In this document: positions 19,797 to 28,543 of the stretch, piece after piece
Numbering within the stretch: position 1 is the stretch's first letter
How the letters are laid out: every line of letters begins with the position of its first letter
NCBI GenBank assembly: GCA_963740085.1
Contig: CAVUCU010000004.1
Span: forward strand, 1-64,000
Length of the DNA stretch: 64,000 bases
Direction of reading: 5' to 3'
Origin: Nitrospirota bacterium
GTDB lineage: Bacteria; Nitrospirota; UBA9217
Notes under the pieces: model-generated
Databases searched by the model: none
Told to the model about the DNA's origin: nothing
What the model saw: only the letters and a program-made list of their open reading frames with translations
Translations under genes and position numbers: made by a program

Positions 19797-19826
19797 TTGA
19801 CTGTCAGCTCGGCCTGATGCTACAAT
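19797..19826 (+). promoter_or_regulatory. Putative sigma70 promoter of the pgpA-kinase unit
   Basis: TTGACT-18-TACAAT with an extended -10 TG. Confidence 0.55.
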
Positions 19827-19854
19827 GCGCAAAAATTTCAATGAATAGAGGCAG

Positions 19855-20319
19855 ATGAACAGGGCAGCGAGAGCGGTCATCCTTTTTATTTCGCAGGGCG
19901 CCTACGCGGGGAGATTCCCGGTCGCCCCCGGCACGGCAGGGACGGTTGTCGGGGTGTTTCTCTACCTCGGGATGAAGGGCCTGCATCCCGGGCAGTATCT
20001 TGCCGTTTGTGTCTTTGTAATCCTTGCAGGGATGTGGACCGCCGGCCGCGCGGAGATCATCCTTGGCCGCAAGGACAGCCCCTCGATCGTGATCGATGAG
20101 ATCGCCGGTTTTCTTACAGCAATGTTCATGGTCCCGTCCGGCTGGTCCTTTATTGGCGCCGGTTTTCTGCTCTTCAGAGTGTTCGACATACTGAAACCCT
20201 GGCCCCTCAGGCGATTAGAGTCACTGCACGGCGGCCCTGGCGTGATGCTCGACGACATCGGGGCCGGCGTGTATGCGAATATCGTGCTCCAGATCGCGGC
20301 ATTTCTTATCTCCCGATGA
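19855..20319 (+). CDS. pgpA: Phosphatidylglycerophosphatase A
   Basis: PVAPGTAGT, KDSPSIVIDEIAG, FRVFDILKPWP, GVMLDDIGAG. Confidence 0.95.
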   Translation: MNRAARAVILFISQGAYAGRFPVAPGTAGTVVGVFLYLGMKGLHPGQYLAVCVFVILAGMWTAGRAEIILGRKDSPSIVIDEIAGFLTAMFMVPSGWSFIGAGFLLFRVFDILKPWPLRRLESLHGGPGVMLDDIGAGVYANIVLQIAAFLISR

Positions 20320-21158
20320 ACCAAATAACCGAAGAGACCTTTGAACAGACCCTCCGGTCCTTCATCCGCTCGGAACAGATCGATCTCCGAGACGTTTCCT
20401 TCATTGATCCTTACGGCATGCTGGGGCTCCTCGAGATCGGCGAGCTTTGCATGCTCGAAGACGTGAAAAAAACCATCACGCTCCCGCAGTCCGGCGAGGT
20501 ATGCGCGTATCTCGAACGGATGGATTTTTTCACCCACGCAAGCCGTTATTTTTCCCTCGATCACTCTTTGTGCCAAACTGCCAATCAAAAAAGTCGCAGC
20601 CCGGAATCGGATGTGCTTCTCGAGATCACGCCTATCGAACGTTCGAACGACATCCACGCTATCGTCGGCACGGTGAGAGACCGCGCACAGGCTATCCTCG
20701 CGACCCATCTGCACTATGACGACCGGGCGATCAACAGCTTCATCGTAGCGCTCTCCGAAGTTTGCCAGAACATCATCGAGCATAGTGAGAACAAGGGGTT
20801 CGTGGGCATCCAGAAATACCGGTTCCAGAGCATGAATAAGAACGTCGTCAAGATCGCGGTCATGGACGTGGGCATCGGGTTCCGAAAGTCCCTGTCAGGT
20901 CGTTTCAAGCTGCGAAGCGATCTCGACGCTATCGACAAGGCCCTGCTTCACGGCGCATCCCGGTACGAGGACGAGGGCAGGGGACACGGCCTGGCCGCGG
21001 TGCGCCGGTTCGTTGAGCAATGGCAGGGCAAGCTTTCCATCCGCTCGGGAACTGCGCGGCTCGCAATTATCCCGACCTGGTCACGCGGCAGGGAACAGGA
21101 GCGAAATCTTACCAGTTTCCCCGGAGCTCAAATCAATATCCTTCTACCAGAAGTATAA
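20316..21158 (+). CDS. STAS-like plus GHKL anti-sigma-type kinase (CapK-like)
   Basis: N-terminal IDLRDVSFIDPYGMLGL; ALSEVCQNIIEHS, IAVMDVGIGF, GRGHGL, FPGAQINILLP; ATGA overlap with pgpA. Confidence 0.8.
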   Translation: MNQITEETFEQTLRSFIRSEQIDLRDVSFIDPYGMLGLLEIGELCMLEDVKKTITLPQSGEVCAYLERMDFFTHASRYFSLDHSLCQTANQKSRSPESDVLLEITPIERSNDIHAIVGTVRDRAQAILATHLHYDDRAINSFIVALSEVCQNIIEHSENKGFVGIQKYRFQSMNKNVVKIAVMDVGIGFRKSLSGRFKLRSDLDAIDKALLHGASRYEDEGRGHGLAAVRRFVEQWQGKLSIRSGTARLAIIPTWSRGREQERNLTSFPGAQINILLPEV

Positions 21159-21192
21159 TTTTGCCACAGCCTCTCCTTTGATTTCTCAGTAG

Positions 21193-21397
21193 CCTCTCCC
21201 TTGACGGGAGAGGTTGGTGAGGGTGAATCGCCGGCTCCTGATTATCCGAATGTTCGTCATTCCCGCGAAGGCGGGAATCCATCCTGTTTATTCTTTAAAT
21301 TTCCCCTTGACAAATCCATCCATTTATGGTTCAATTGATTCAATTGAAGTTAATGTCTTTGCTCCCGACCCCATCGGGAGAGGGCTGGGGCGAGGGG
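21193..21397. repeat. Cluster of small palindromic repeats
   Basis: cctctccc-N5-gggagagg (21193-21213), ATTCCC-N8-GGGAAT (21259-21278), ctcccga-N5-tcgggag (21362-21380). Confidence 0.7.
21307..21348 (+). promoter_or_regulatory. TTGACA followed by a 19-bp near-palindrome, candidate promoter/operator
   Basis: TTGACA at 21307; TTCAATTGATTCAATTGAA at 21330-21348 covers the expected -10 position. Confidence 0.45.
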
Positions 21398-21425
21398 AGA
21401 TTTCTCTTTTGCAATTGGGCTGGAG

Positions 21426-21971
21426 ATGGCCGTGATGAAACAAATAGTAACTACGAACATAATTGAGAGCAAGATATATCTTATCCACGGCCAGAGAGTG
21501 ATGCTCGACAATGATCTTGCTGAGCTCTACGAAGTACCGACAAAGGCCCTTGTGCAAGCAGTAAAGAGGAATATAAAACGTTTCCCTAAAGATTTTATGT
21601 TTCAAATGGAAAATCAAGACGTTATAAACTTGAGGTCACAATCTGTGACCTCAAGTTTGGGGTATGGTGGAAGAAGGTATCTCCCGTATGCTTTCACAGA
21701 ACAAGGCGTTGCCATGCTCTCAAGCGTGCTTAACAGCGATCGCGCGATAGAAGTCAATATCCTCATCATGCGCGCTTTTGTTAAGCTCCGGGAAATGATC
21801 GCATCTCACAAGGACCTGGCGCGAAAGCTCGATGAGCTTGAAAAGAAATATGATGGCCAGTTCCAGATCGTGTTCGAGGCTATTCGACAGCTTATGGCGA
21901 TTGAGGAAAAGCCCAAACGGAAGATCGGGTTCCTGGCCAAGGAAAGCCGGGCAACCTACAAAACAATGTAG
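21426..21971 (+). CDS. ORF6N domain DNA-binding protein
   Basis: [27 protein letters not shown]...[32 protein letters not shown]. Confidence 0.92.
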   Translation: MAVMKQIVTTNIIESKIYLIHGQRVMLDNDLAELYEVPTKALVQAVKRNIKRFPKDFMFQMENQDVINLRSQSVTSSLGYGGRRYLPYAFTEQGVAMLSSVLNSDRAIEVNILIMRAFVKLREMIASHKDLARKLDELEKKYDGQFQIVFEAIRQLMAIEEKPKRKIGFLAKESRATYKTM

Positions 21972-21974
21972 TCG

Positions 21975-22027
21975 GTAGGTCGGGTGATGTAAAACATGTT
22001 GGGTTTCACTACGTTCAACCCAACCAC
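21975..22027. repeat. Degenerate GTAG-family REP doublet
   Basis: gtaggtcggg ... tgttgggtttcactacgttcaacccaacc. Confidence 0.6.
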
Positions 22028-22197
22028 TGTTATAAGTTGGTTTATTGGGAGAAGACTGGATGTGGGCGTTATGAAGAAAATTCATATTGAGCTTGGGCGG
22101 GATTGCACAAGGAAGGAAGAGAGGAAAGGGGAACGAGCGGGAATATGCGAAGAAGAAGGTTGCCGCGAAGATTGCTGCGGCAGGTAATGAACTCGAA

Positions 22198-22751
22198 ATG
22201 GCCATTATAAAAACGATAGTCACAGCTGAAACTTTAGAGCGTAAAATCTATCTGATTCGCGGCTTCAAGGTTATGATTGATAACGATCTTGCCGAATTGT
22301 ACGGTGTGACCACAAAAAGGCTTAATGAGCAGGTGCGGCGCAATATAGACCGGTTCCCGAAAGACTTCATGTTTCAGCTATCCCCGAACGAGTTCGAGTC
22401 TTTAAGGTCGCAATTTGCGACCTTAAGTTTGAACACGGTCGAGGACAACACCGAAAATACATGCCTTATGCCTTCACTGAGCACGGTGCGCTTATGGCTG
22501 CGAGCGTTCTCGATACGCCGCGGGCTGTCGAAGTCAGCCTCTATGTTGTCCGGGCCTTTGTTAAATTACGAGAAATGATCGCATCGCACAAGGACCTGGC
22601 GCGGAAACTCGATGAGCTCGAAAAGAAATACGACGGCCAGTTCCAGATCGTGTTCGAGGCTATACGACAGCTTATGGCGATAGAGGAAAAGCCCAAAAGA
22701 AAGATCGGGTTTCTAATAAAGGAAAACCGGGCAACTTACATAACAATGTAG
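22198..22751 (+). CDS. Second ORF6N domain protein (1-nt frameshift near 22425)
   Basis: [37 protein letters not shown] joined to GRGQHRKYMPYAFTEHGALMAASVL. Confidence 0.85.
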
Positions 22752-22753
22752 TC

Positions 22754-22783
22754 GTAGGTTGGGTATGGTTTTAATGCCCAACA
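22754..22783 (+). repeat. GTAG-family REP upstream of RAYT
   Basis: gtag-gttgggtat..atgcccaac hairpin. Confidence 0.7.
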
Positions 22784-22808
22784 TTTAAATTTGTGTGATG
22801 AAGAAAGA

Positions 22809-23351
22809 ATGCGATATCGTCGATCACAAACACCTGGGGCAACATTCTTCTTTACAGTCGTCACTTATAATCGAAAGAGAATTTTGTGTTTGGGAGACAA
22901 TTCGTTCCGTTTAAGACGATCGATGGAGGCTGTCAAGGCCGATCATCCTTTTACGATCGACGCAATTGTTCTTCTGCCGGAACATCTACATTGCATCTGG
23001 ACATTGCCTCAGGGTGATAACGATTTTTCAAAACGGTGGATGCTTATCAAAAGCAAATTCACGAGAGTATGCGACGATCCGTTTAAAGGTACACCAAGTT
23101 CGAGCAGAATAGAAAAACGAGAGCGGAACATCTGGCAACGTCGGTTTTGGGAACATCAAATTCGTGATGAGATTGATTACAAACGTCATGTCGATTACGT
23201 TCATTACAACCCAGTAAAGCACGGGTTGGTGAAGGCGCCCGTTGATTGGAAATTTTCAAGTTTTCATCGTTACGTAAACAATGGAATATATCATCGTGAT
23301 TGGGGTGCTAATCTTGAAATAGTGATAGATGCCAAGATAGGACGTGAATAA
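22809..23351 (+). mobile_element. REP-associated tyrosine transposase (RAYT, HUH Y1 family)
   Basis: RYRR...PGATFFFTVVT, IVLLPEHLHCIW, IWQRRFWEHQIRDE, YVHYNPVKHGLV..P.DW.FSSF; flanked by inverted GTAG REPs. Confidence 0.92.
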
Positions 23352-23354
23352 GAA

Positions 23355-23450
23355 TGTTGGGCTTCCTAGTGTCAGCCCAACCTACAACTTACAGCATCTT
23401 TCTATAGAGGAAGTTCGTAGGTTGGGCAAAAAGGTTCACCTTGCCCAACA
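23355..23450. repeat. Two GTAG-family REPs downstream of RAYT
   Basis: tgttgggct..agcccaacctac (23355-23385, inverted) and gtaggttgggcaa..ttgcccaaca (23417-23450). Confidence 0.75.
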
Positions 23451-23494
23451 TCATTCAATCATCGACTGGTTCTCTCCGCGCTTCGCAATCGCGG

Positions 23495-23557
23495 AGAGAA
23501 CATGGCACCCAAGACAGACTGTCCCTACGGGACCGCTGCTTAGCGCCGCGATTAAGA
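23495..23557 (+). mobile_element. Degenerate integron attC-like site
   Basis: ..AAC-atggcacccaag-acagact-gtccctacgggac-cgctg-cttagcgcc-gcG(a)TTAAG; AAC/GTT ends, CAAG/CTTAG L boxes, central hairpin. Confidence 0.45.
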
Positions 23558-23593
23558 GTGCAACACAAAGGAACAGCAAAAAAACAACACTGT

Positions 23594-24421
23594 ATGCAGA
23601 AAGAACTTGAAGAAAAATTGACACAACTGAAAGCCTCCAACCTTGTCGACCCGGATGTGGTAGCAGGTCTGTATAAGATGGCTAAAGAGTTAAAAGATAC
23701 TTCACCGCGGGACGCATTGAATATTTTCAGAACGATAGCGATGGCAACTGACAATGTGCGGTTATTTACAACTAAAGAGAAACTGGCATTCTTCGGCGCA
23801 GCGTCAGAACTGGGCTGGACGTTGGGAGAGCCAAAGTGGCATTTCGACCGGCGTACTGCTGAACTTTATCGCGATCAGGATAATCTTGATATGGCCGGGT
23901 TTCAATACGAACGTGCTGCTAAGTCTTTCATTATGGAAGGGACTGCCAATCATATTGCATCTATCCATGATTGGAAGATTCAAGGCCATATGCTTCGGGA
24001 GGCACGGATGTGCTATGAAGCCGCTGGCTCTGGCGCAGATTCGAGCAGGTGTTTCATCGAGTACAAGAAACTATTGAGGGATAACGCTGAAACCCGTCAG
24101 AAAAAGATTATAGAGTGGTCTCTCTACGTGTTCTGGTCATGGGGCGAGAGTCCGTTGAAAGTAGCTATCTGGGGTTCTGTAGTAATCGGTTTGTTTGCAT
24201 TGAGTTACTGCGTGACAGGAATGATGGCATCATCTGGAGAGATTACACACGACTTATTGGAGGCATTCTACTTAAGCATCATCACGTTCACCACACTAGG
24301 CTACGGTGATCTTACTCCAACCTCTGGCATCGGGAGATTCTTTGCTGCCAGCGAGGCGCTTTCTGGAATATTTTTCACTGGGCTATTCTTAGTTACATTT
24401 GTAAAGCGGTTCTCCCGATAA
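23594..24421 (+). CDS. Protein with helical N-terminal region and C-terminal potassium-channel pore domain (Ion_trans_2)
   Basis: WGESPLKV, EAFYLSIITFTTLGYGDLTP..IGRFFAASEALSG; AT-richer than flanking core genes. Confidence 0.85.
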   Translation: MQKELEEKLTQLKASNLVDPDVVAGLYKMAKELKDTSPRDALNIFRTIAMATDNVRLFTTKEKLAFFGAASELGWTLGEPKWHFDRRTAELYRDQDNLDMAGFQYERAAKSFIMEGTANHIASIHDWKIQGHMLREARMCYEAAGSGADSSRCFIEYKKLLRDNAETRQKKIIEWSLYVFWSWGESPLKVAIWGSVVIGLFALSYCVTGMMASSGEITHDLLEAFYLSIITFTTLGYGDLTPTSGIGRFFAASEALSGIFFTGLFLVTFVKRFSR

Positions 24422-24463
24422 AGGCGCTTGGCATCGCGTTTTGAAATAGAAGATTTAGTAAAC

Positions 24464-24518
24464 TCTTAACCTGTCATTCCACGCCGACACTTCGCGGCGT
24501 GTGAACTCGGCGTTGATT
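24464..24518 (+). mobile_element. Integron attC-like site
   Basis: TCTTAAC-ctgtc-attccacgccg-acacttcg-cggcgtgtgaac-tcggc-GTTGATT, 55 bp, 43 bp after the stop of the channel gene. Confidence 0.65.
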
Positions 24519-24577
24519 TCAATTACTAACCTTCTCCAGCATGGCCGGCGAGCGAAAATCGAGGAACAGGACCTGGA

Positions 24578-25139
24578 ATGATCAAGTACGACCTCTATAA
24601 ATTACTTAAAAGACGAACTCGGCAATGGTTCGAAGGACCTTGTCACCCGGCCTTCGGGCCAGGCGATCCGGGAGCGGATCGAGCGGGACATTGAAAAAGA
24701 GCCGAACGGCGCCGTGGTGGCCCTCGATTTCTCGAAGATCGGGGTGATCGACTATTCCTGCGCCGACGAGATCGTGACAAAGCTCGTCTCGCGCCTTCTC
24801 GCCGGGGAATACCGGGACAAGTACCTGCTCCTTGCGGGGTTGAATGAAAACCAGAGGGAGAACATCGAGGTCGCCATCGAGCGAAAGGACCTCGCGGTCA
24901 TGGCGGAGATGCGGGACGGCAGCAGGATCGTTTTGGGCAATCTCAATAATTATCTCAGGGACACGCTTGACTTCATCATCAAAAAGAAACGAGCAACTTC
25001 CAAGGAACTCTCTGATGCCAGAAAGATCGAAGTGAATACGAGCGGCACGCGGCTTCTGAACCTGCACAAAAAGCGGCTGGTGAAGCGCGTCGAGGAAACG
25101 CGCAGCGACGGGAAGGTATGGGCTTACGAGCTTCTCTGA
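24578..25139 (+). CDS. STAS plus winged-HTH protein (CapS-like); +1 frameshift in the A-run at ~24608-24611
   Basis: MIKYDLYKLLK/DELGNGSKDLVTRPSGQAIRERIE..VALDFSKIGVIDYSCADEIV..ATSKELSDARKIEVNTSGTRLLNLHKKRLVKR. Confidence 0.75.
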
Positions 25140-25152
25140 GGGCCAAATTTCA

Positions 25153-25182
25153 TTGACGGCGGGTGCGGCACGATGATACAAT
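25153..25182 (+). promoter_or_regulatory. Putative sigma70 promoter of cinA-thpR-recA
   Basis: TTGACG-18-TACAAT with an extended -10 TG. Confidence 0.55.
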
Positions 25183-25268
25183 GACAAACGTTATTTTTAA
25201 TGCGGATTGATTAAACAGCGGAGGGCATGTTGTGCCGTGTGACGTGCCCTTTGCGAAGGTGGATCTCT

Positions 25269-26504
25269 ATGCGCGCTGAAATCATTGCCACCGGCTCCGA
25301 ACTCCTGTCGGGCGGCGTACTCGACACGAATTCCCTCTACCTTTCGGAAGAGCTCATGCTCATCGGCCTTAAGACCGCGTTCAAGACCGTGGTGGGGGAC
25401 GATGAACAGGACATGGAAGAGGCGTTCCGGAGGGCTTTTGGAAGGGTGGATGCCGTGATCGTCACCGGCGGGATCGGCCCGACCGAGGATGACATCACGC
25501 GCAAGGTGATCGCGAAGATCGTCAAGAAACGGCTGGTCCTGAACGATGATGCATTGAAGGCCATTCACACCATGCTTGCCGGCAGGGGAAAAGAATTTGC
25601 CGCATCGAACGACCGGCAGGCGCTGATCCCGACGGGCGCGAGGCTGCTTCAGAACCCCGTCGGCAGTGCGCCCGGTTTTTTCATCGACGAAGAAGGGCTG
25701 TTCATTGCCGTTCTTCCGGGGGTGCCGGTCGAGATGCGGGCCATGTTCGACCAAGGGCTCCGTCCCGTGCTCGAAGCGCGGTTCAGCAGCAGGATGTTCA
25801 TCCGGCGAAGGGTATTGCGCACCTGCGGTCTGTCCGAGTCGGCAGTGAACCAGGCGATCCAGAATATTCTGAAGCGGAGCGCCCCGGCTGTTGGTCTGAC
25901 CGCAAAGGAAACGGGTGTGGATATTCGCATCATAGCCAGCGGGCTTAATGCCGAGCAGGCCCAGGCGCAGGCCGAACAGGCCGACGCGGGAATACGGGAA
26001 AAGCTCGGCGACGCGGTGTACGGTGTTGACGGCCAGGAGATTGAAGAGGTTGTCGGCGCGCTTCTGAAGCAGCGAAGGCTCAAACTTGCCGTCGCGGAAT
26101 CATGCACCGGCGGGCTGATCGGCGGCCGGATCACGAGCATCGCGGGAAGTTCGGAGTATTTCGAGCGCGGCGTGGTGGTGTACAGTTATCTTGCCAAGAC
26201 CGAGATGCTCGGCGTGCCGCTGGACCTCATTGAGAAACATGGAGCGGTCAGCGTTCAGGTAGCGGAGGCCATGGCACGGGGAATACGACAAACCGCGCAC
26301 ACGGAGCTTGGACTTGCCGTTACCGGCATCGCGGGGCCGGGCGGAGGAACGCAAAAAAAGCCGGTGGGGCTCGTTTACACAGCCCTCGCATCGGCGCAGG
26401 GGGTCAAGGTCGCTGAGCACCGGTTCCTCGGGACGCGGGAACAGGTCCGTATCAGGGCCTCGCAGATGGCGTTGGATATGGTGAGGCGGCACTTGATCGC
26501 GTAG
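25269..26504 (+). CDS. cinA: Competence/damage-inducible protein A (with PncC domain)
   Basis: AEIIATGSELLSG..DTNS, TGGIGPTEDDITR, LPGVP.EM, AVAESCTGG, TGIAGPGGG. Confidence 0.95.
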   Translation: MRAEIIATGSELLSGGVLDTNSLYLSEELMLIGLKTAFKTVVGDDEQDMEEAFRRAFGRVDAVIVTGGIGPTEDDITRKVIAKIVKKRLVLNDDALKAIHTMLAGRGKEFAASNDRQALIPTGARLLQNPVGSAPGFFIDEEGLFIAVLPGVPVEMRAMFDQGLRPVLEARFSSRMFIRRRVLRTCGLSESAVNQAIQNILKRSAPAVGLTAKETGVDIRIIASGLNAEQAQAQAEQADAGIREKLGDAVYGVDGQEIEEVVGALLKQRRLKLAVAESCTGGLIGGRITSIAGSSEYFERGVVVYSYLAKTEMLGVPLDLIEKHGAVSVQVAEAMARGIRQTAHTELGLAVTGIAGPGGGTQKKPVGLVYTALASAQGVKVAEHRFLGTREQVRIRASQMALDMVRRHLIA

Positions 26505-26517
26505 GAGCCAGGTGAGT

Positions 26518-26585
26518 GACGAGAAACGAGGGACGCAAAATCGTCCATCGTCCCAGCGAACGCAGTGAGCGGTCGCCTGTCGTCC
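26518..26585. repeat. GACGAGR-type heptamer inverted repeat (also ~27154-27200, 38941-39020, 39324-39397, 56266-56328)
   Basis: gacgaga aacgagg gacg ... cgtccat cgtccca ... gagcggtcg; related copies in other intergenic regions. Confidence 0.65.
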
Positions 26586-26595
26586 ATTAATTTTC

Positions 26596-27153
26596 ATGAG
26601 ACTGTTCATCGCCATAGAGATCCCGGACGAGATCAAGACAGAATTGGTCAAGGTCCAGGAACAGCTCAGAAAAGCGAGGGTAGACGCAAGCTGGACGCGC
26701 GCGGAGGGCATGCATCTGACCCTGAAATTTCTGGGTGAAATCCCGGAGACGAAGGTTCCGGAGATCGTAACCGGTCTGCAAAAAGCCGCGGAAGGGATCG
26801 GCCGGTTCCCGCTTGAAGTCAAAGGGGTCGGAACGTTCCCGAATCCGCGGAACGCCAGGGTGGTGTGGATCGGACTTTCAGGAGAGATCGGAAAGCTGTC
26901 AAAACTGCAGGAAGCCGTTGAAGAGGCAATGGACCGCATCGGTTTGGCGCGTGAGGACCGGAAATTTACCGCGCACCTTACCCTCGGCAGGATAAAGTAT
27001 ATCCGGTCTCGCGATCAGTGGGTTGCCGTATTGGAAGAGACCAGGGACAGAGTCCTGCCGGGGTTCGAGGCAACCGCGGTCAGCCTGATGAAGAGTGAAC
27101 TCAGGCCGTCGGGCGCGGTGTATACGGAAATGGGCAGGGTGGAGTTGAAATAA
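26596..27153 (+). CDS. thpR: RNA 2',3'-cyclic phosphodiesterase
   Basis: [36 protein letters not shown]...GAVY. Confidence 0.95.
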   Translation: MRLFIAIEIPDEIKTELVKVQEQLRKARVDASWTRAEGMHLTLKFLGEIPETKVPEIVTGLQKAAEGIGRFPLEVKGVGTFPNPRNARVVWIGLSGEIGKLSKLQEAVEEAMDRIGLAREDRKFTAHLTLGRIKYIRSRDQWVAVLEETRDRVLPGFEATAVSLMKSELRPSGAVYTEMGRVELK

Positions 27154-27233
27154 ACGATAGACAAGAGACGACGGACGGGAGACGGATGCGTCCATCGTAC
27201 ATGCGACGATTCATAACTGAAAGGAGATACACA

Positions 27234-28322
27234 GTGGCGGATAAGGATAAATTGAAGGCGCTGGAACTGGCGGTGGGCCAGATCGAGAAACAATTCGGCA
27301 AGGGTTCCATCATGCGTCTGGGCAGGGAGGAGGTCCCCGCGGGGATCCCCGCGATTTCCACCGGGTCTCTGGGCCTGGACATCGCGCTCGGGGTGGGCGG
27401 TGTGCCGCGCGGCAGGATCATCGAGATCTACGGCCCCGAGTCCTCCGGCAAGACCACGCTGGCGCTCCATATCATCGCCGAGGCGCAGAAAGCGGGCGGC
27501 CAGGCCGCTTTCATTGACGCGGAGCATGCGCTTGATGTGACATACGCCCGCAAGCTTGGCGTGCGCACCGACGACCTTCTCATCTCGCAGCCCGACACGG
27601 GCGAACAGGCGCTCGAGATCACTGAAACGCTCGTGCGGAGCGGCGCTATTGACGTGATCGTCGTCGATTCCGTCGCGGCACTTACGCCCCGGGCCGAGAT
27701 CGAAGGCGAGATGGGCGATGCGCACATGGGTCTCCAGGCGAGGCTCATGAGCCAGGCGCTCAGAAAGCTCACCGGCGCGATCAGCAAGTCGGCAACGACG
27801 CTCGTCTTCATCAACCAGATCCGCATGAAGATCGGCGTGATGTTCGGAAACCCCGAGACCACTACAGGCGGCAACGCGCTCAAGTTCTACGCCTCGGTGC
27901 GGCTCGACATCCGAAAGATCGCGGCCATCAAGGAGGGCGAAGAAATGACCGGCGGGAGGGTGAGGGTCAAGGTGGTGAAGAACAAGATCGCCCCGCCGTT
28001 CCGCTCGGCCGAATTCGATATCATGTTCAACGAAGGGGTCTCGAAGATCGGAGAGATCATCGACATCGGTGTGGAGAAGAACATCGTTGAAAAAAGCGGG
28101 GCCTGGTTCTCCTACAGCGGCACGCGGATCGGCCAGGGAAGGGAGAACGTAAAACTTTTCCTGCACGATCACCCCGAGATGGCCTCTGAGATCGAGGTCA
28201 AGGTACGGCAGGCCGCCGGTCTGAACGGCTCCGTCACTTCCGCCCCGGAGAACGCGGGGGCAAGGGAGAAGGAGATCGCCCCGCCCGCTGAGAAACCGGC
28301 GAAAGCCTCGAAAGGAAAATAG
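27234..28322 (+). CDS. recA: Recombinase A
   Basis: [55 protein letters not shown]; AAGGAG before a GTG start. Confidence 0.99.
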   Translation: MADKDKLKALELAVGQIEKQFGKGSIMRLGREEVPAGIPAISTGSLGLDIALGVGGVPRGRIIEIYGPESSGKTTLALHIIAEAQKAGGQAAFIDAEHALDVTYARKLGVRTDDLLISQPDTGEQALEITETLVRSGAIDVIVVDSVAALTPRAEIEGEMGDAHMGLQARLMSQALRKLTGAISKSATTLVFINQIRMKIGVMFGNPETTTGGNALKFYASVRLDIRKIAAIKEGEEMTGGRVRVKVVKNKIAPPFRSAEFDIMFNEGVSKIGEIIDIGVEKNIVEKSGAWFSYSGTRIGQGRENVKLFLHDHPEMASEIEVKVRQAAGLNGSVTSAPENAGAREKEIAPPAEKPAKASKGK

Positions 28323-28543
28323 CGGGAATCGAGAGACGGGGCAGCAGATACCAAAGAGTATACCAAGAAAAAATACCGAAGCCGAAAAGACAAAAAATCC
28401 GAGCAGAAAGACAATAACAGGCTTATACTGAGAGGACACAGAGAAGGAGGAACCCCGGAGAGGACGTTACTCCGTGAAGATGAACCATCCTCTGTGTTCT
28501 CTTCTATGTTTGACAATACGAATGGCCCGCGCGGGAGGTTTCC

